Positions 27,745 through 40,916 of a stretch of DNA of 64,000 nucleotides are shown one piece after another. The stretch comes from Candidatus Omnitrophota bacterium (lineage in GTDB: Bacteria > Omnitrophota > Gorgyraeia > Gygaellales > Profunditerraquicolaceae): positions 8,947-72,946 of the forward strand of contig JAQUQW010000002.1 of the NCBI GenBank assembly GCA_028716245.1. The letters run 5' to 3'. Numbering within the stretch: the first letter of the stretch is position 1; each line of letters begins with the position of its first letter. Both the position numbers and the translations under genes were made by a program. The notes below the pieces were generated by a model, which saw only the letters and a program-made list of their open reading frames with translations, had not been told where the DNA came from and searched no databases.

Positions 27745-28839
27745 ATGAAATTTAAAGTCGAAAAAACAAACCTAGTTAACGCGATTCAGACCGTACAAAA
27801 CATAATTACCACAAAATCCGCCCTGCCAATCCTTTCCAATGTCTTAATTGAGGTTCAATCCGGGGTTCTGAAATTAACGGCAACCGATTTAGATATTGGA
27901 ATAACCTGTGTAATTCCTGTGGATATGCAGGAGCCTGGAGCAATTACTATCCCGGCTAAAAGATTTAGCGATATAGTTAAAGAGTTTCCTTTAGATATTA
28001 TTAGTGTTACTACTAAAAAAAATAATCAGGTCCTTATTGATTCGGATATGTGTCAATTTAAAATTATGGGGTTGGCCAAAGAAGAGTTTCCTAAGTTACC
28101 CGAATTTAAAGACAAGAAAGTTATTAAAATTAATCAGGGAGTTTTAAAACAAATATTAGCATTAACCGCGTTTGCGGTATCTTTCGATGAAACCCGTTAT
28201 GTTTTAAATGGCATTCTTTTTAAGATTAGTAAGGGGATCTTAACCCTGGTGGCTACTGACGGCAAGCGGTTGGCGATTACCGAGAGAAAAATAACCATGG
28301 CCGAGTCTGATGTCGAGGTGAGTATGATTATTCCGATCAAAACAATTCAGGAATTAAACCGGAACCTGAAAGATGAAGGGGAGCTGTCTTTAGTGGTTAG
28401 TAGTAATCAGGCTCTTTTTGATTTGGGTAGTGTTGCGGTTGTATCGCGTTTAATTGAGGGTGAATTTCCCGACTACAAACAAGTTATCCCTGCGGCATCC
28501 GAAAACAAAATGAAAGTTGAACGCCAACAGTTTTTATTGGCAGTCAAAAGAGCCGCGCTTTTAGCCACGCCGGATTATCAGGCGGTAAAGTTGGAAGTTT
28601 TTAAGAATAAGCTGGTAATTTCAAAATCTACTCCTGATGTGGGAGAGTTTCATGAAGAGTTGGCGGTAGAATATCAAGGTAAGGAGTTGGTGATTGGCTT
28701 TAACCCGGTCTATTTAATGGATGTTTTAAAGAATTTAAATGAAGAGACAGTTAGTTTAGAGTTGACGGACGCGGAAAAACCCGGGGTTATTCGGATTAGC
28801 GGTTATGTTTATATAGTTTTACCTATGCGCCTTAACTAG
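27745..28839 (+). CDS. dnaN: DNA polymerase III beta sliding clamp
   Basis: 364 aa. Three-domain clamp with conserved C-terminal VLPMRLN-type ending. Confidence 0.9.
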   Translation: MKFKVEKTNLVNAIQTVQNIITTKSALPILSNVLIEVQSGVLKLTATDLDIGITCVIPVDMQEPGAITIPAKRFSDIVKEFPLDIISVTTKKNNQVLIDSDMCQFKIMGLAKEEFPKLPEFKDKKVIKINQGVLKQILALTAFAVSFDETRYVLNGILFKISKGILTLVATDGKRLAITERKITMAESDVEVSMIIPIKTIQELNRNLKDEGELSLVVSSNQALFDLGSVAVVSRLIEGEFPDYKQVIPAASENKMKVERQQFLLAVKRAALLATPDYQAVKLEVFKNKLVISKSTPDVGEFHEELAVEYQGKELVIGFNPVYLMDVLKNLNEETVSLELTDAEKPGVIRISGYVYIVLPMRLN

Positions 28840-28842
28840 GAA

Positions 28843-29127
28843 ATGGAACTTTTAAAAAATACACTGGATGAAGTTATGCGGGGCTTAAACGCCAAAAAGG
28901 GTGTTTCCGCGAATGCCCAGCCGCAGCAGTGGTTAAAAAAAGCCTTGACAAAGAAAGAGTTGGGGCATATAAAAGTTAAATATTTCAGCAAGGGCGTCCT
29001 GGGTTTAAGCGTGGATTCTTCCGCCTGGCTGTATATTTTAAGCCTTAAGAAGGAAGAATTGCTGGGTAAGCTAAAAAAAGAAAACCCCGGATTAAAAAAT
29101 ATAAGTTTTCGTATCGGAGAAATTTAA
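28843..29127 (+). CDS. DUF721-domain protein (DciA-like), in the position usually held by recF
   Basis: 94 aa, basic. Sits between dnaN and gyrB. DUF721 is the defining domain of DciA helicase-operator proteins. Assignment from context and composition. Confidence 0.5.
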   Translation: MELLKNTLDEVMRGLNAKKGVSANAQPQQWLKKALTKKELGHIKVKYFSKGVLGLSVDSSAWLYILSLKKEELLGKLKKENPGLKNISFRIGEI

Positions 29128-31569
<2,442 letters not shown>

Positions 31570-31571
31570 TT

Positions 31572-34004
31572 ATGTACACGCGTAACGATAAAATAATTCA
31601 GGTTTATATCGAGGATGAGGTTAAGGACTCCTATTTAAATTACGCCATGAGCGTAATTGTCGGCCGGGCCCTGCCCGATGTGCGCGATGGCTTAAAGCCT
31701 GTGCACCGGCGTATTCTTTACGCCATGCGCGAACTTAACCTGGAACATTCCAAACCCTACAAGAAATGCGCCCGTATCGTCGGTGAAACCATGGGTAAAT
31801 ACCATCCGCATGGAGACGTGGCTATTTACGACACGCTGGTCAGAATGGCCCAGGATTTTTCTTTGCGCTATCCTTTAGTCGATGGCCAGGGTAACTTTGG
31901 ATCAGTGGATGGTGATGCCGCCGCGGCGATGCGTTATACCGAGGCCCGCCTGGCCGCGGTTAGCGATGAAATGTTAGATGATATTGAAAAAGAAACTGTA
32001 AATTTTGGGCCCAACTTCGATTCTTCTTTAAAAGAGCCTTTGCTGTTACCGGCAACTCTGCCTAATCTTTTGGTGAACGGCTCAAGCGGTATTGCCGTGG
32101 GCATGGCTACCAATATTCCGCCCCATAATTTAAACGAAGTTTGCGACGCGATCATTTATATCCTGGAACACCCGGAAGCAGAGATTAAAGATTTAATGCG
32201 TTATATCAAAGGGCCGGATTTTCCTACCGGCGGTTTGATTTGCGGCAAGGGTGGAATTAAGGATGCATATCAGACCGGTAGAGGTAAGCTCATAGTGCGG
32301 GCTAAGGCTACTGTGGAGCACCAGAAGAACGGCAAAGACCTGATTATCTTTACCGAGATTCCATATCAGGTGCAAAAGTCCGCTCTGATTGAGTCAATTG
32401 CCGGTTTAGTTGATGAGAAAAAAATCGAAGGTATTTCCGATATCCGCGATGAATCCGATAAAGAAGGTATGCGCATTGTCGTTGAGCTTAAGCGCGACAC
32501 TAAATCCCAGATTGTTTTAAACCAGCTTTTTAAACACACCCAGCTTGAAAACACCTTTGGGATTATTATGCTGGCCCTGGTCGATAACCGCCCGAAAGTT
32601 TTAAATTTACGCCAGGTACTGGATTGTTATATTGAGCATCGCAAAGTAGTCATCCGCAGGCGCACGCAGTTTGAATTAGATAAGGCTTTAAAACGCGCGC
32701 ATATTTTAGAAGGCTTAAAAATTGCGCTTAAATTTATCGACCGGATTATCAAGGTTATCAAGACCTCCAAGAGCGTCGAAAGCGCCAAATTAAATTTAAT
32801 GAAGGAGTTTGAGCTCTCCGAGATTCAATCCCAGGCGATCCTGGAGATGCAGCTGCAGCGGTTAACCGCCCTTGAGCGCGATAAAATTGACGCCGAGTAC
32901 GCGGAACTTTTAAAGAAAATCGAAGAATGCCGGGCAATCCTGGGCTCGCTTAAAAAGATCGAAGCCATCATTAAAGAAGAGCTGGAGGAATTAAAGAAAA
33001 AATATGGTGATAGCCGGCGCACGGATATTGTCGGGGAAGCGGAAGAGTTGGAGGTTGAGGATTTAATTGCCGAGGAGGATGTGGTGGTAACGATCAGCCA
33101 TGGCGGTTATATCAAGCGCCTGCCGGTAAGCTCGTATCGTAAACAAAAGCGCGGAGGTACCGGGTCAATGGGGGCGGAATTAAAAGAAGAAGATTTTAGC
33201 GAGCATCTTTTTGTGGCCTCTACTAAAGATTACTTGCTTATTTTTACGGATAAAGGACAGGTGCATTGGCTGAAGGTTTATGAAATTCCTCAGGCTAGTC
33301 GCATATCTAAGGGCAAAGCCATTGTTAATCTGGTGCAAATGGAACAGTCGGCTAAGGTGAGTTCGACCATTCCGGTCAAAGAGTTTTCGGCGGATAAATA
33401 TTTGGTTATGGTCACTAAGTTAGGCCAAATCAAAAAGACTAAGCTTGAGGCCTACGGTAATCCGCGCAAAGGCGGGATTATCGGGATCACTTTAGATAAG
33501 GATGATGTTTTGATTGGCGTGGAGATGACCGACGGAAAACAGGAGTTGCTTATCGGAACCAGGCAGGGCAAGGCAATCAGATTTTCCGAGGAAAAAGTAC
33601 GTGAAATGGGCAGGGGCGCCCATGGCGTACGGGCAATATCTTTGGCCAAAAAAGATGAAGTTATTGATATGGTGGTTCCGCAAAAGGCTTCGACGATCTT
33701 AACGGTTACGGAGTTAGGTTTTGCAAAACGCACCACCATTGATGAATACCGCCTAACCAGCCGCGGCGGCAAAGGGGTAATTAATATCAAAGTTACCGAT
33801 AAGAATGGCCAGGCGGTAAATTTAAAAACCGTGAATGATAAAGATGAGCTGATGGTCATTACTCAGAACGGGATATTTTTACGCTGCGCGATAAAAGATA
33901 TCCGGGAAACCGGCCGCTCATCCCAAGGGGTGCGCTTAATTAAGTTGCAGGATAAAGACCGGGTTTCCTGCGTTGCCCCGGTCATTGCCGAAGAAAATGA
34001 ATAA
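31572..34004 (+). CDS. gyrA: DNA gyrase subunit A
   Basis: 810 aa. Active-site region [11 protein letters not shown], GyrA-box and C-terminal beta-pinwheel repeats. Confidence 0.95.
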   Translation: MYTRNDKIIQVYIEDEVKDSYLNYAMSVIVGRALPDVRDGLKPVHRRILYAMRELNLEHSKPYKKCARIVGETMGKYHPHGDVAIYDTLVRMAQDFSLRYPLVDGQGNFGSVDGDAAAAMRYTEARLAAVSDEMLDDIEKETVNFGPNFDSSLKEPLLLPATLPNLLVNGSSGIAVGMATNIPPHNLNEVCDAIIYILEHPEAEIKDLMRYIKGPDFPTGGLICGKGGIKDAYQTGRGKLIVRAKATVEHQKNGKDLIIFTEIPYQVQKSALIESIAGLVDEKKIEGISDIRDESDKEGMRIVVELKRDTKSQIVLNQLFKHTQLENTFGIIMLALVDNRPKVLNLRQVLDCYIEHRKVVIRRRTQFELDKALKRAHILEGLKIALKFIDRIIKVIKTSKSVESAKLNLMKEFELSEIQSQAILEMQLQRLTALERDKIDAEYAELLKKIEECRAILGSLKKIEAIIKEELEELKKKYGDSRRTDIVGEAEELEVEDLIAEEDVVVTISHGGYIKRLPVSSYRKQKRGGTGSMGAELKEEDFSEHLFVASTKDYLLIFTDKGQVHWLKVYEIPQASRISKGKAIVNLVQMEQSAKVSSTIPVKEFSADKYLVMVTKLGQIKKTKLEAYGNPRKGGIIGITLDKDDVLIGVEMTDGKQELLIGTRQGKAIRFSEEKVREMGRGAHGVRAISLAKKDEVIDMVVPQKASTILTVTELGFAKRTTIDEYRLTSRGGKGVINIKVTDKNGQAVNLKTVNDKDELMVITQNGIFLRCAIKDIRETGRSSQGVRLIKLQDKDRVSCVAPVIAEENE

Positions 34005-34013
34005 GGCTAAAGA

Positions 34014-34088
34014 GACCCTGTCGTCTAGCCTGGTCCAGGACAAGAGCTTTTCAAGCTCTCGACACGGGTTCAAATCCCGTCAGGGTCA
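34014..34088 (+). tRNA. tRNA-Glu (anticodon TTC)
   Basis: GACCCTGTCGTCTAGCCTGGTCCAGGACAAGAGCTTTTCAAGCTCTCGACACGGGTTCAAATCCCGTCAGGGTCA. Closely parallels bacterial tRNA-Glu. Anticodon loop TTTTCAA. Confidence 0.85.
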
Positions 34089-34106
34089 ATAAATTTAAGG
34101 TGCTCA

Positions 34107-35945
34107 ATGTGTGGAATAGTCGGATACATTGGTGAAAAAGAAGCCCAGCCTATTCTTTTAACCGGATTAAAACGTTTAGAGTACCGTGGCTACGATTCCA
34201 GCGGCATAGCTTTAATCCTTCCCAAACAAAATAGCATCGGAATCAGAAAATCCCCCGGAAAAATCAGCGCATTGGAAAAATTAGTTAAAAACAAGCCGCT
34301 TAACGGCACAGTTGGTATTGCTCATACGCGTTGGGCAACTCACGGTGCTCCGACACAGGTTAATGCCCATCCGCATCATGACTGTTCCGGACAGATCGCT
34401 ATTGTGCATAACGGAATTATTGAAAATTATGAATCCCTGAAAGCCCAGCTGATTAAAGAAGGGCACACCTTTACCAGCCAGACGGACACCGAAGTAATCG
34501 TGCACTTAATCGAAAAATTTTATAAGAATATTCCGCTTGAGGAGGCGGTATCTAAGGCGCTCAAACTCTTGGTAGGTTCTTTTGCTATCGGAGTAGTTTC
34601 GGCCAGAGAACCGGATAAATTAGTGGGGGCCCGCTTGGGCAGCCCTTTAATCGTCGGAGTAGGCAAAGGGGAGAATTTTCTGGCCTCCGATGTCCCGGCA
34701 GTCTTAGGTTTTACCAAAGAGGTTGTTTTTCTTGATGAAAATGAGATTGTGGTTTTAGATAAGGATAATTTTAAGGTGAGTAATCTTGAGGGCAAAACTA
34801 TTTTTAAAGAAACCACGCATATTAATTGGGATATTGACCAGGCGGAAAAATCCGGGTTTGATCATTTTATGCTCAAAGAAATTAATGAGCAGCCCAGGAT
34901 CCTGGAAAGTTTAATTAATTCCCGCATCGATAAAGAAACCGGTAAGCTGTTTTTTAAAGAGCAGAATATTCCGGAAACCAAGCTCAAGGATGTAAAAAAC
35001 ATTTTTATCGTTGCCTGCGGCACAGCCTATCATGCCGGGATGGTCGCCAAATATGTGCTGGAGTCGGTTTGCGGAATTTCTACGCAAATTGATGTTTCCA
35101 GCGAGTTTCGCTACCGGGATCTTTTGATCGGGCCGCAGACGCTGGTTATTGCGATCAGCCAGTCCGGAGAGACAGCGGATACTTTGGCCGGGGTAAGAGA
35201 GGCAAAGCGCCGCGGCTCAAGTGTAATTTCCATATGCAATGTCTTGGGTTCAACCTTAACCCGGGAATCCGACGGCATAATTTACACCCATGCCGGACCG
35301 GAGATTGGCGTTGCCTCGACCAAGGCTTACACCGCGCAGCTTGCCGCGCTTTATTTGTTTGCTTTTTATTTGGCGCAAATAAGGGATGTTTTGCCTGCCG
35401 CTAAAATTAAAAAATTGCTGGATGAACTGCGCAAGGTTCCCAAACACCAGGTTGAGATTTTGAAATGGCAGAAAAGCATTGCCACCCTTGCCCGCCGGCA
35501 TTCGCATTTAGGGTCATTTTTATATTTAGGCCGGAATGTGAATTATCCTTCGGCTTTAGAAGGGGCTTTGAAATTAAAAGAAATCTCTTATATTCCGGCT
35601 GAAGGATACGCGGCTGGAGAGATGAAACACGGGCCGATTGCTTTAATTGATGAATATCGGGCGGTGGTTTGTATCGCGCCTAACTCCAAGGTTTATGAAA
35701 AGATGGTTTCCAATATCCAGGAGATCCGTTCCCGTAAAGGAAGAATTATTGCCATTGCCACTGAAGGGGACAAAGAGATTAAAGAATTAACCCGCGAAGT
35801 AATTTATGTTCCCAGGATCGATGAAATATTCTCTCCGCTTTTAGTAGTCCTGCCGCTGCAGTTGCTGGCATATCATATCGCTGTCAAGCGCGGCTGCGAC
35901 GTGGATCAACCGCGCAATTTAGCCAAGTCCGTAACCGTAGAATAA
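34107..35945 (+). CDS. glmS: glutamine--fructose-6-phosphate aminotransferase
   Basis: 612 aa. N-terminal MCGIVGY (Cys2 nucleophile), two SIS domains, C-terminal KSVTVE. Confidence 0.95.
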   Translation: MCGIVGYIGEKEAQPILLTGLKRLEYRGYDSSGIALILPKQNSIGIRKSPGKISALEKLVKNKPLNGTVGIAHTRWATHGAPTQVNAHPHHDCSGQIAIVHNGIIENYESLKAQLIKEGHTFTSQTDTEVIVHLIEKFYKNIPLEEAVSKALKLLVGSFAIGVVSAREPDKLVGARLGSPLIVGVGKGENFLASDVPAVLGFTKEVVFLDENEIVVLDKDNFKVSNLEGKTIFKETTHINWDIDQAEKSGFDHFMLKEINEQPRILESLINSRIDKETGKLFFKEQNIPETKLKDVKNIFIVACGTAYHAGMVAKYVLESVCGISTQIDVSSEFRYRDLLIGPQTLVIAISQSGETADTLAGVREAKRRGSSVISICNVLGSTLTRESDGIIYTHAGPEIGVASTKAYTAQLAALYLFAFYLAQIRDVLPAAKIKKLLDELRKVPKHQVEILKWQKSIATLARRHSHLGSFLYLGRNVNYPSALEGALKLKEISYIPAEGYAAGEMKHGPIALIDEYRAVVCIAPNSKVYEKMVSNIQEIRSRKGRIIAIATEGDKEIKELTREVIYVPRIDEIFSPLLVVLPLQLLAYHIAVKRGCDVDQPRNLAKSVTVE

Positions 35946-36598
35946 TGCTTTATATCGTTGCTACTCCAATCGGCAACTTAAAAGATTTCACCCAAAGGGC
36001 AATCGAGGTTTTAAAAAGCGCGGATTTAATTGCCTGTGAAGACACACGGCACACCAAAATTTTACTGGCGCATTACGAAATTAAAACTCCCACAACAAGT
36101 TTTTTCCAGCACAACCGATTTAGTAAAGGTGATTATTTAATCGGCTTGCTCAAAGCGGGGAAAAATATTGCTTTGGTTTCCGATGCCGGCACCCCGGGAA
36201 TTCTTGACCCCGGCTATAATTTAATCAATCTGGCGATCAAAAATAACCTGGAGATGACTTTTATTTCCGGGCCAACGGCTTTTGTCAATGCCCTCGTGCT
36301 TTCCGGAAAGCCAGCCCATGAATTTTATTTCGCTGGGTTCCTGCCTAACCGCGGCGGCGCGCGCAAAAACCAACTTGAGAAATTAAAGCAACTCGGTTGT
36401 ACCCTGGTTTTTTATGAATCCTGCCATAGGATTCTGGCCAGCCTTGAAGATATAAATACGGTTTTCGGCGATAAAGAAATTACGGTGGCCAGGGAATTAA
36501 CCAAGAAATTCGAAGAAGTCTTGCGCGCCAGCCCCAAAATTATTCAAGAAAAGCTTTCCCAAAGCAAGCCCCGCGGCGAGTTCGTAGTTGTAATTTAG
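35945..36598 (+). CDS. rsmI: tetrapyrrole-methylase-fold 16S rRNA 2'-O-methyltransferase RsmI-like protein (short)
   Basis: 217 aa. MLYIVATPIGNLKDFTQRAIEVLKSADLIACEDTRHT is the RsmI N-terminal signature. Confidence 0.7.
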   Translation: MLYIVATPIGNLKDFTQRAIEVLKSADLIACEDTRHTKILLAHYEIKTPTTSFFQHNRFSKGDYLIGLLKAGKNIALVSDAGTPGILDPGYNLINLAIKNNLEMTFISGPTAFVNALVLSGKPAHEFYFAGFLPNRGGARKNQLEKLKQLGCTLVFYESCHRILASLEDINTVFGDKEITVARELTKKFEEVLRASPKIIQEKLSQSKPRGEFVVVI

Positions 36599-36600
36599 CC

Positions 36601-36628
36601 TTGACAATGAGGCAGCTAGTGGTATACT
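36601..36628 (+). promoter_or_regulatory. near-consensus sigma70 promoter TTGACA-16-TATACT for the pyr operon
   Basis: TTGACA 36601-36606 and TATACT 36623-36628. Confidence 0.55.
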
Positions 36629-36649
36629 TAAAACAATAAACGGACCTTT

Positions 36650-37291
<642 letters not shown>

Positions 37292-37292
<1 letters not shown>

Positions 37293-38230
37293 TGAGTTGG
37301 ACCAAGAAGGACCTTTTGGGCCTGGAATATTTAACGCCGGAGGAGATCGAACTTATTTTAGAGACCGCCGAATCTTTTAAGGAAGTTTCCACGCGGGAGA
37401 TCAAAAAAGTTCCCGCTCTTCGCGGTAAAACCGCGGTAAATCTTTTTTATGAACCATCCACGCGCACCCGGGTATCTTTTGAGGTCGCCGCTAAAAGGCT
37501 TTCTGCCGACGTGATCAATATCGCCACAGAAACTTCCAGCGTGCGCAAAGGCGAAACTTTAATTGATACAGGCAAAAACATCCAGGCGCTAAAAGCCGAC
37601 ATAATTATTATGCGGCATAATTATTCCGGCGCGGCCAATATGCTCGCCCGGGCTTTGGATATCAGCGTGGTTAATGCCGGAGATGGTTGGCATGAGCATC
37701 CTACCCAGGCGCTGCTGGATATTTTTACCTTAAAAGAAAAATTGGGAAAAATAAAAGGTTTAAATGTTGCCATTGTCGGCGACATCGCCCATTCCCGGGT
37801 TGCCCGTTCAAATATCTGGGGGCTGACTAAATTAGGGGCTAATGTTACGCTTTGCGCGCCGGAGATGTTGCTTCCCGTGGGAATTGAGCTAACCGGAGCA
37901 AAAACCTCCAGTAATCTCGATGAAGTTCTAAAAAAAGCCGACGCGGTGAATGTCTTAAGAATGCAGTTTGAGCGCGATGAAGACGCGGCATTTCCCGAGC
38001 AGTTGGATTATTTTAAAAAGTTTGGGATTACCGAAGAAAGATTGGCTAAAGCCAAGAAAGATATTGTGGTGATGCATCCGGGCCCGATTAACCGCGGGAT
38101 TGAGATGTCCAGCGAAGTGGCCGATGGGAAAAATTCCGTGATCTTGGAGCAGGTAACTAACGGTATTGCCGTAAGAATGGCGGTTTTATTTTTAGTCAGC
38201 CAGGCGAAAGAAAAAATGTGTAATGTGTAA
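37292..38230 (+). CDS. pyrB: aspartate carbamoyltransferase catalytic subunit
   Basis: 312 aa. STRTR and HPTQ motifs, HPGP C-terminal motif. Confidence 0.9.
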
Positions 38231-38252
38231 TGCCTTGGGGGTACAATAAGTT

Positions 38253-39527
38253 ATGAGTATTTTGATTAGGGGCGGCAGAGTAATTGACCCGGAAAATAAA
38301 ATTGACGCAAAACTGGATATCCTGATCGAGGGAAATAAAATATCCAAAGTCGCCAAAAATATTCAAGTCCAGGACGCCGTGATAATCAATGCCGATAATA
38401 AAATTGTCGCCCCGGGTATTATCGATATGCATGTGCATTTACGTGAACCCGGCAGGGAAGACAAGGAGACAGTGGCAACTGCCACGCTGGCTGCTGCCAA
38501 AGGCGGAGTAACTACGGTGTTGGCCATGCCTAATACCCAGCCGGCGATGGATTGCCCGGAGAGCGTCAGGTTGTTGAAGGAGATAATCAATAAAGACGCG
38601 AAGGTGAATGTGCTTATTTGCGGAACAATCACTAAAGGCCGTTTAGGTAAAGAGTTAAGCGATATTACCGCGTTAAAGAAAAGCGGTGTTTACGCTATAT
38701 CCGATGACGGATGCTCGGTGGATAGCGACGCGTTGATGTTTGAGGCGCTCAAAAAAGCAAAACAAGCCGGCCTTTTGACTATCTGCCATTCCGAAGATAA
38801 AAAACTTTCCGGCAAAGGGGTAATCAATTTAGGTTTTAATTCTACGCGCTTAGGGTTACGCGGCATATCTAATGAATCTGAATATAAGCGGGTCCGCAGG
38901 GATATCGAGTTAGCCAACAATGCCGCCTCCGCGGTGCATATCGCCCATGTGAGTTGCCGGGAGTCAGTGGAGATAATTACCCGGGCTAAAAAAACGGGTG
39001 TTCAGGTAACCTGTGAAACAGCCCCGCACTATTTTACGCTTACTGAAGACGCGCTTTTAGGATACGACACGAATATGAAAATGAATCCGCCCCTAAGAAG
39101 TAAAGAGGACCTTATCGCGATAAAACAGGGATTAAAGGACGGCACGATTGATGTGATTGCCTCGGATCACGCCCCGCACACTGAGAATGAAAAAGATATT
39201 GAGTTTGAACGCGCTGAATTCGGGGTGGTGGGATTAGAGACCGAGCTTTCCGCCGGCATCAATGAATTGTTAGCCAAAGGGGTTTTGGATTGGCCGGGAT
39301 TGGTTGAAAAGTTCTGCTTAAATCCCGCTAAAATTCTGGGTTTAGACACAGGTAAATTGTCAAAAGGGTCTCCCGCGGATATAATTATAGTTTCGGATCA
39401 AGAGCCCTGGGTGGTTGACAAGCAAAGCCTGGCCTCTAAATCCAAGAATTCCGCCTTTCTTGGCTATTCTCTAAAAGGCCGGCTAGATTACACAATTTGT
39501 AATGGCCAGCTAATTTATCAAAGGTAA
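38253..39527 (+). CDS. pyrC: dihydroorotase (multifunctional-complex type)
   Basis: 424 aa. Metal-binding HVHLREPG, amidohydrolase fold, DHAPH motif. Confidence 0.85.
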   Translation: MSILIRGGRVIDPENKIDAKLDILIEGNKISKVAKNIQVQDAVIINADNKIVAPGIIDMHVHLREPGREDKETVATATLAAAKGGVTTVLAMPNTQPAMDCPESVRLLKEIINKDAKVNVLICGTITKGRLGKELSDITALKKSGVYAISDDGCSVDSDALMFEALKKAKQAGLLTICHSEDKKLSGKGVINLGFNSTRLGLRGISNESEYKRVRRDIELANNAASAVHIAHVSCRESVEIITRAKKTGVQVTCETAPHYFTLTEDALLGYDTNMKMNPPLRSKEDLIAIKQGLKDGTIDVIASDHAPHTENEKDIEFERAEFGVVGLETELSAGINELLAKGVLDWPGLVEKFCLNPAKILGLDTGKLSKGSPADIIIVSDQEPWVVDKQSLASKSKNSAFLGYSLKGRLDYTICNGQLIYQR

Positions 39528-39529
39528 AT

Positions 39530-40771
39530 ATGGAATTTATCGCCGATTTTCACATTCACTCCAAATACTCACGGGCAACCAGCCGCGATATGGATATCAA
39601 GCATCTGGCGGAGTGGGCAAAATTAAAAGGGATCACCTTAATGGGCACAGGTGATTTTACGCACCATTTATGGCTGGAGGAATTAAAACACACATTGGAA
39701 GATTGCGGAAATGGATTATTCAAATATGCCGGCGTGGATTTTATGCTTACCTCCGAAATTAGCAGTATTTATTCTAAGGGAGGTAAAGGATATCGTATTC
39801 ATAATTTAATTTTTGCTCCTTCTTTCGCGGTCGTTGATAAAATTAATAACGCGCTTAGCCGCCGCGGAGCGAATTTATCCAGCGACGGCAGGCCAATTGT
39901 CGGAATTGCCGCCGATGAACTGGCGCGGATTGTCTTTGATATCGATGAGAACTGCATGATCGTCCCGGGCCATATTTGGACCCCCTGGTTTAGCGTGTTT
40001 GGATCGATGTCCGGTTTCGATAAGATCGAAGATTGTTTTGAAAAAGAAACTCCCAAAATATTTGCCCTGGAGACCGGTTTATCCAGCGATCCGGCGATGA
40101 ACTGGCGTTTAAGCGCGCTGGATAGATTTACGCTGATCTCTAACAGCGATTCACATTCGCCGCAGAAGATTGGCAGAGAAGCCAATGTGTTTAACTGCGA
40201 ATTAGATTATAAAACTATTCGTGAGGTTTTAAAAACCAAAGATAAAAGCAGATTTTTATATACCATTGAATTTTTCCCTGAGGAAGGTAAATACCATTTT
40301 GACGGGCACCGCCTCTGCGGTATCCGCTGGTCGCCGAAAGAAACCAGGGAGCACAATGGGAAATGTCCTAAGTGCGGCAAGCCGGTTACTGTTGGCGTGG
40401 TTAACCGGGTTGAAAAATTAGCTGACCGGCCGGAAGGATTTAAGCCTGAAAACGCCGTTCCTTTTAAAAACCTGATTCCTTTCTCCGAAATAATCGCTGA
40501 AGCAAAAGGAGTAGGGAATGCTTCTGTGGCCGTAGAGAGGGATTACCGAATTTATCTGGCTAAATTTGGCACTGAGTTTAATATTTTACTTAAGGCTTCA
40601 AAGGATGAACTGCTGAAAAGCCTGCCGCCTAAAGTTGTGGAGGGTATTTTACGCGTGCGCGCAGGTAAAGTGAATATCAAAGCAGGTTTTGACGGCGAAT
40701 ATGGCATAATTTCCATCTTTGATGATCATGATCAACAGGAGAAAAGCGAACAACAATTAAGTTTATTTTAA
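39530..40771 (+). CDS. PHP-domain protein with C-terminal zinc finger, endonuclease Q-like (TIGR00375-type)
   Basis: 413 aa. N-terminal MEFIADFHIHSKYSRATS PHP metal-binding motif and GTGDFTHH. C-terminal CGIRW...CPKCGKP zinc ribbon. Resembles the archaeal/Bacillus EndoQ architecture. Coupled 2 nt after pyrC. Confidence 0.5.
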   Translation: MEFIADFHIHSKYSRATSRDMDIKHLAEWAKLKGITLMGTGDFTHHLWLEELKHTLEDCGNGLFKYAGVDFMLTSEISSIYSKGGKGYRIHNLIFAPSFAVVDKINNALSRRGANLSSDGRPIVGIAADELARIVFDIDENCMIVPGHIWTPWFSVFGSMSGFDKIEDCFEKETPKIFALETGLSSDPAMNWRLSALDRFTLISNSDSHSPQKIGREANVFNCELDYKTIREVLKTKDKSRFLYTIEFFPEEGKYHFDGHRLCGIRWSPKETREHNGKCPKCGKPVTVGVVNRVEKLADRPEGFKPENAVPFKNLIPFSEIIAEAKGVGNASVAVERDYRIYLAKFGTEFNILLKASKDELLKSLPPKVVEGILRVRAGKVNIKAGFDGEYGIISIFDDHDQQEKSEQQLSLF

Positions 40772-40772
40772 C

Positions 40773-40844
40773 GCGCCTGTAGCGCAACGGATAGCGCACT
40801 AGCCTCCGAAGCTAGTGGTGACAGTTCAATTCTGTCCAGGCGCA
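40773..40844 (+). tRNA. tRNA-Arg (anticodon CCG)
   Basis: GCGCCTGTAGCGCAACGGATAGCGCACTAGCCTCCGAAGCTAGTGGTGACAGTTCAATTCTGTCCAGGCGCA. Anticodon loop CTCCGAA. Confidence 0.8.
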
Positions 40845-40916
40845 AAAAAGACTGTAATGTAGAAGTGGAGTAATTAGCCCATAAATTAGGCAAGAAATTA
40901 AAGAAAGTGGAGTAAT

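Noticed and set aside
40862-40914. 12-bp direct repeat AAGTGGAGTAAT x2 upstream of carB as a mobile-element footprint
   Set aside because: Too short, and the second copy simply contains the carB RBS and start context. Likely a local duplication of the ribosome-binding region. Mentioned under the carB finding only.
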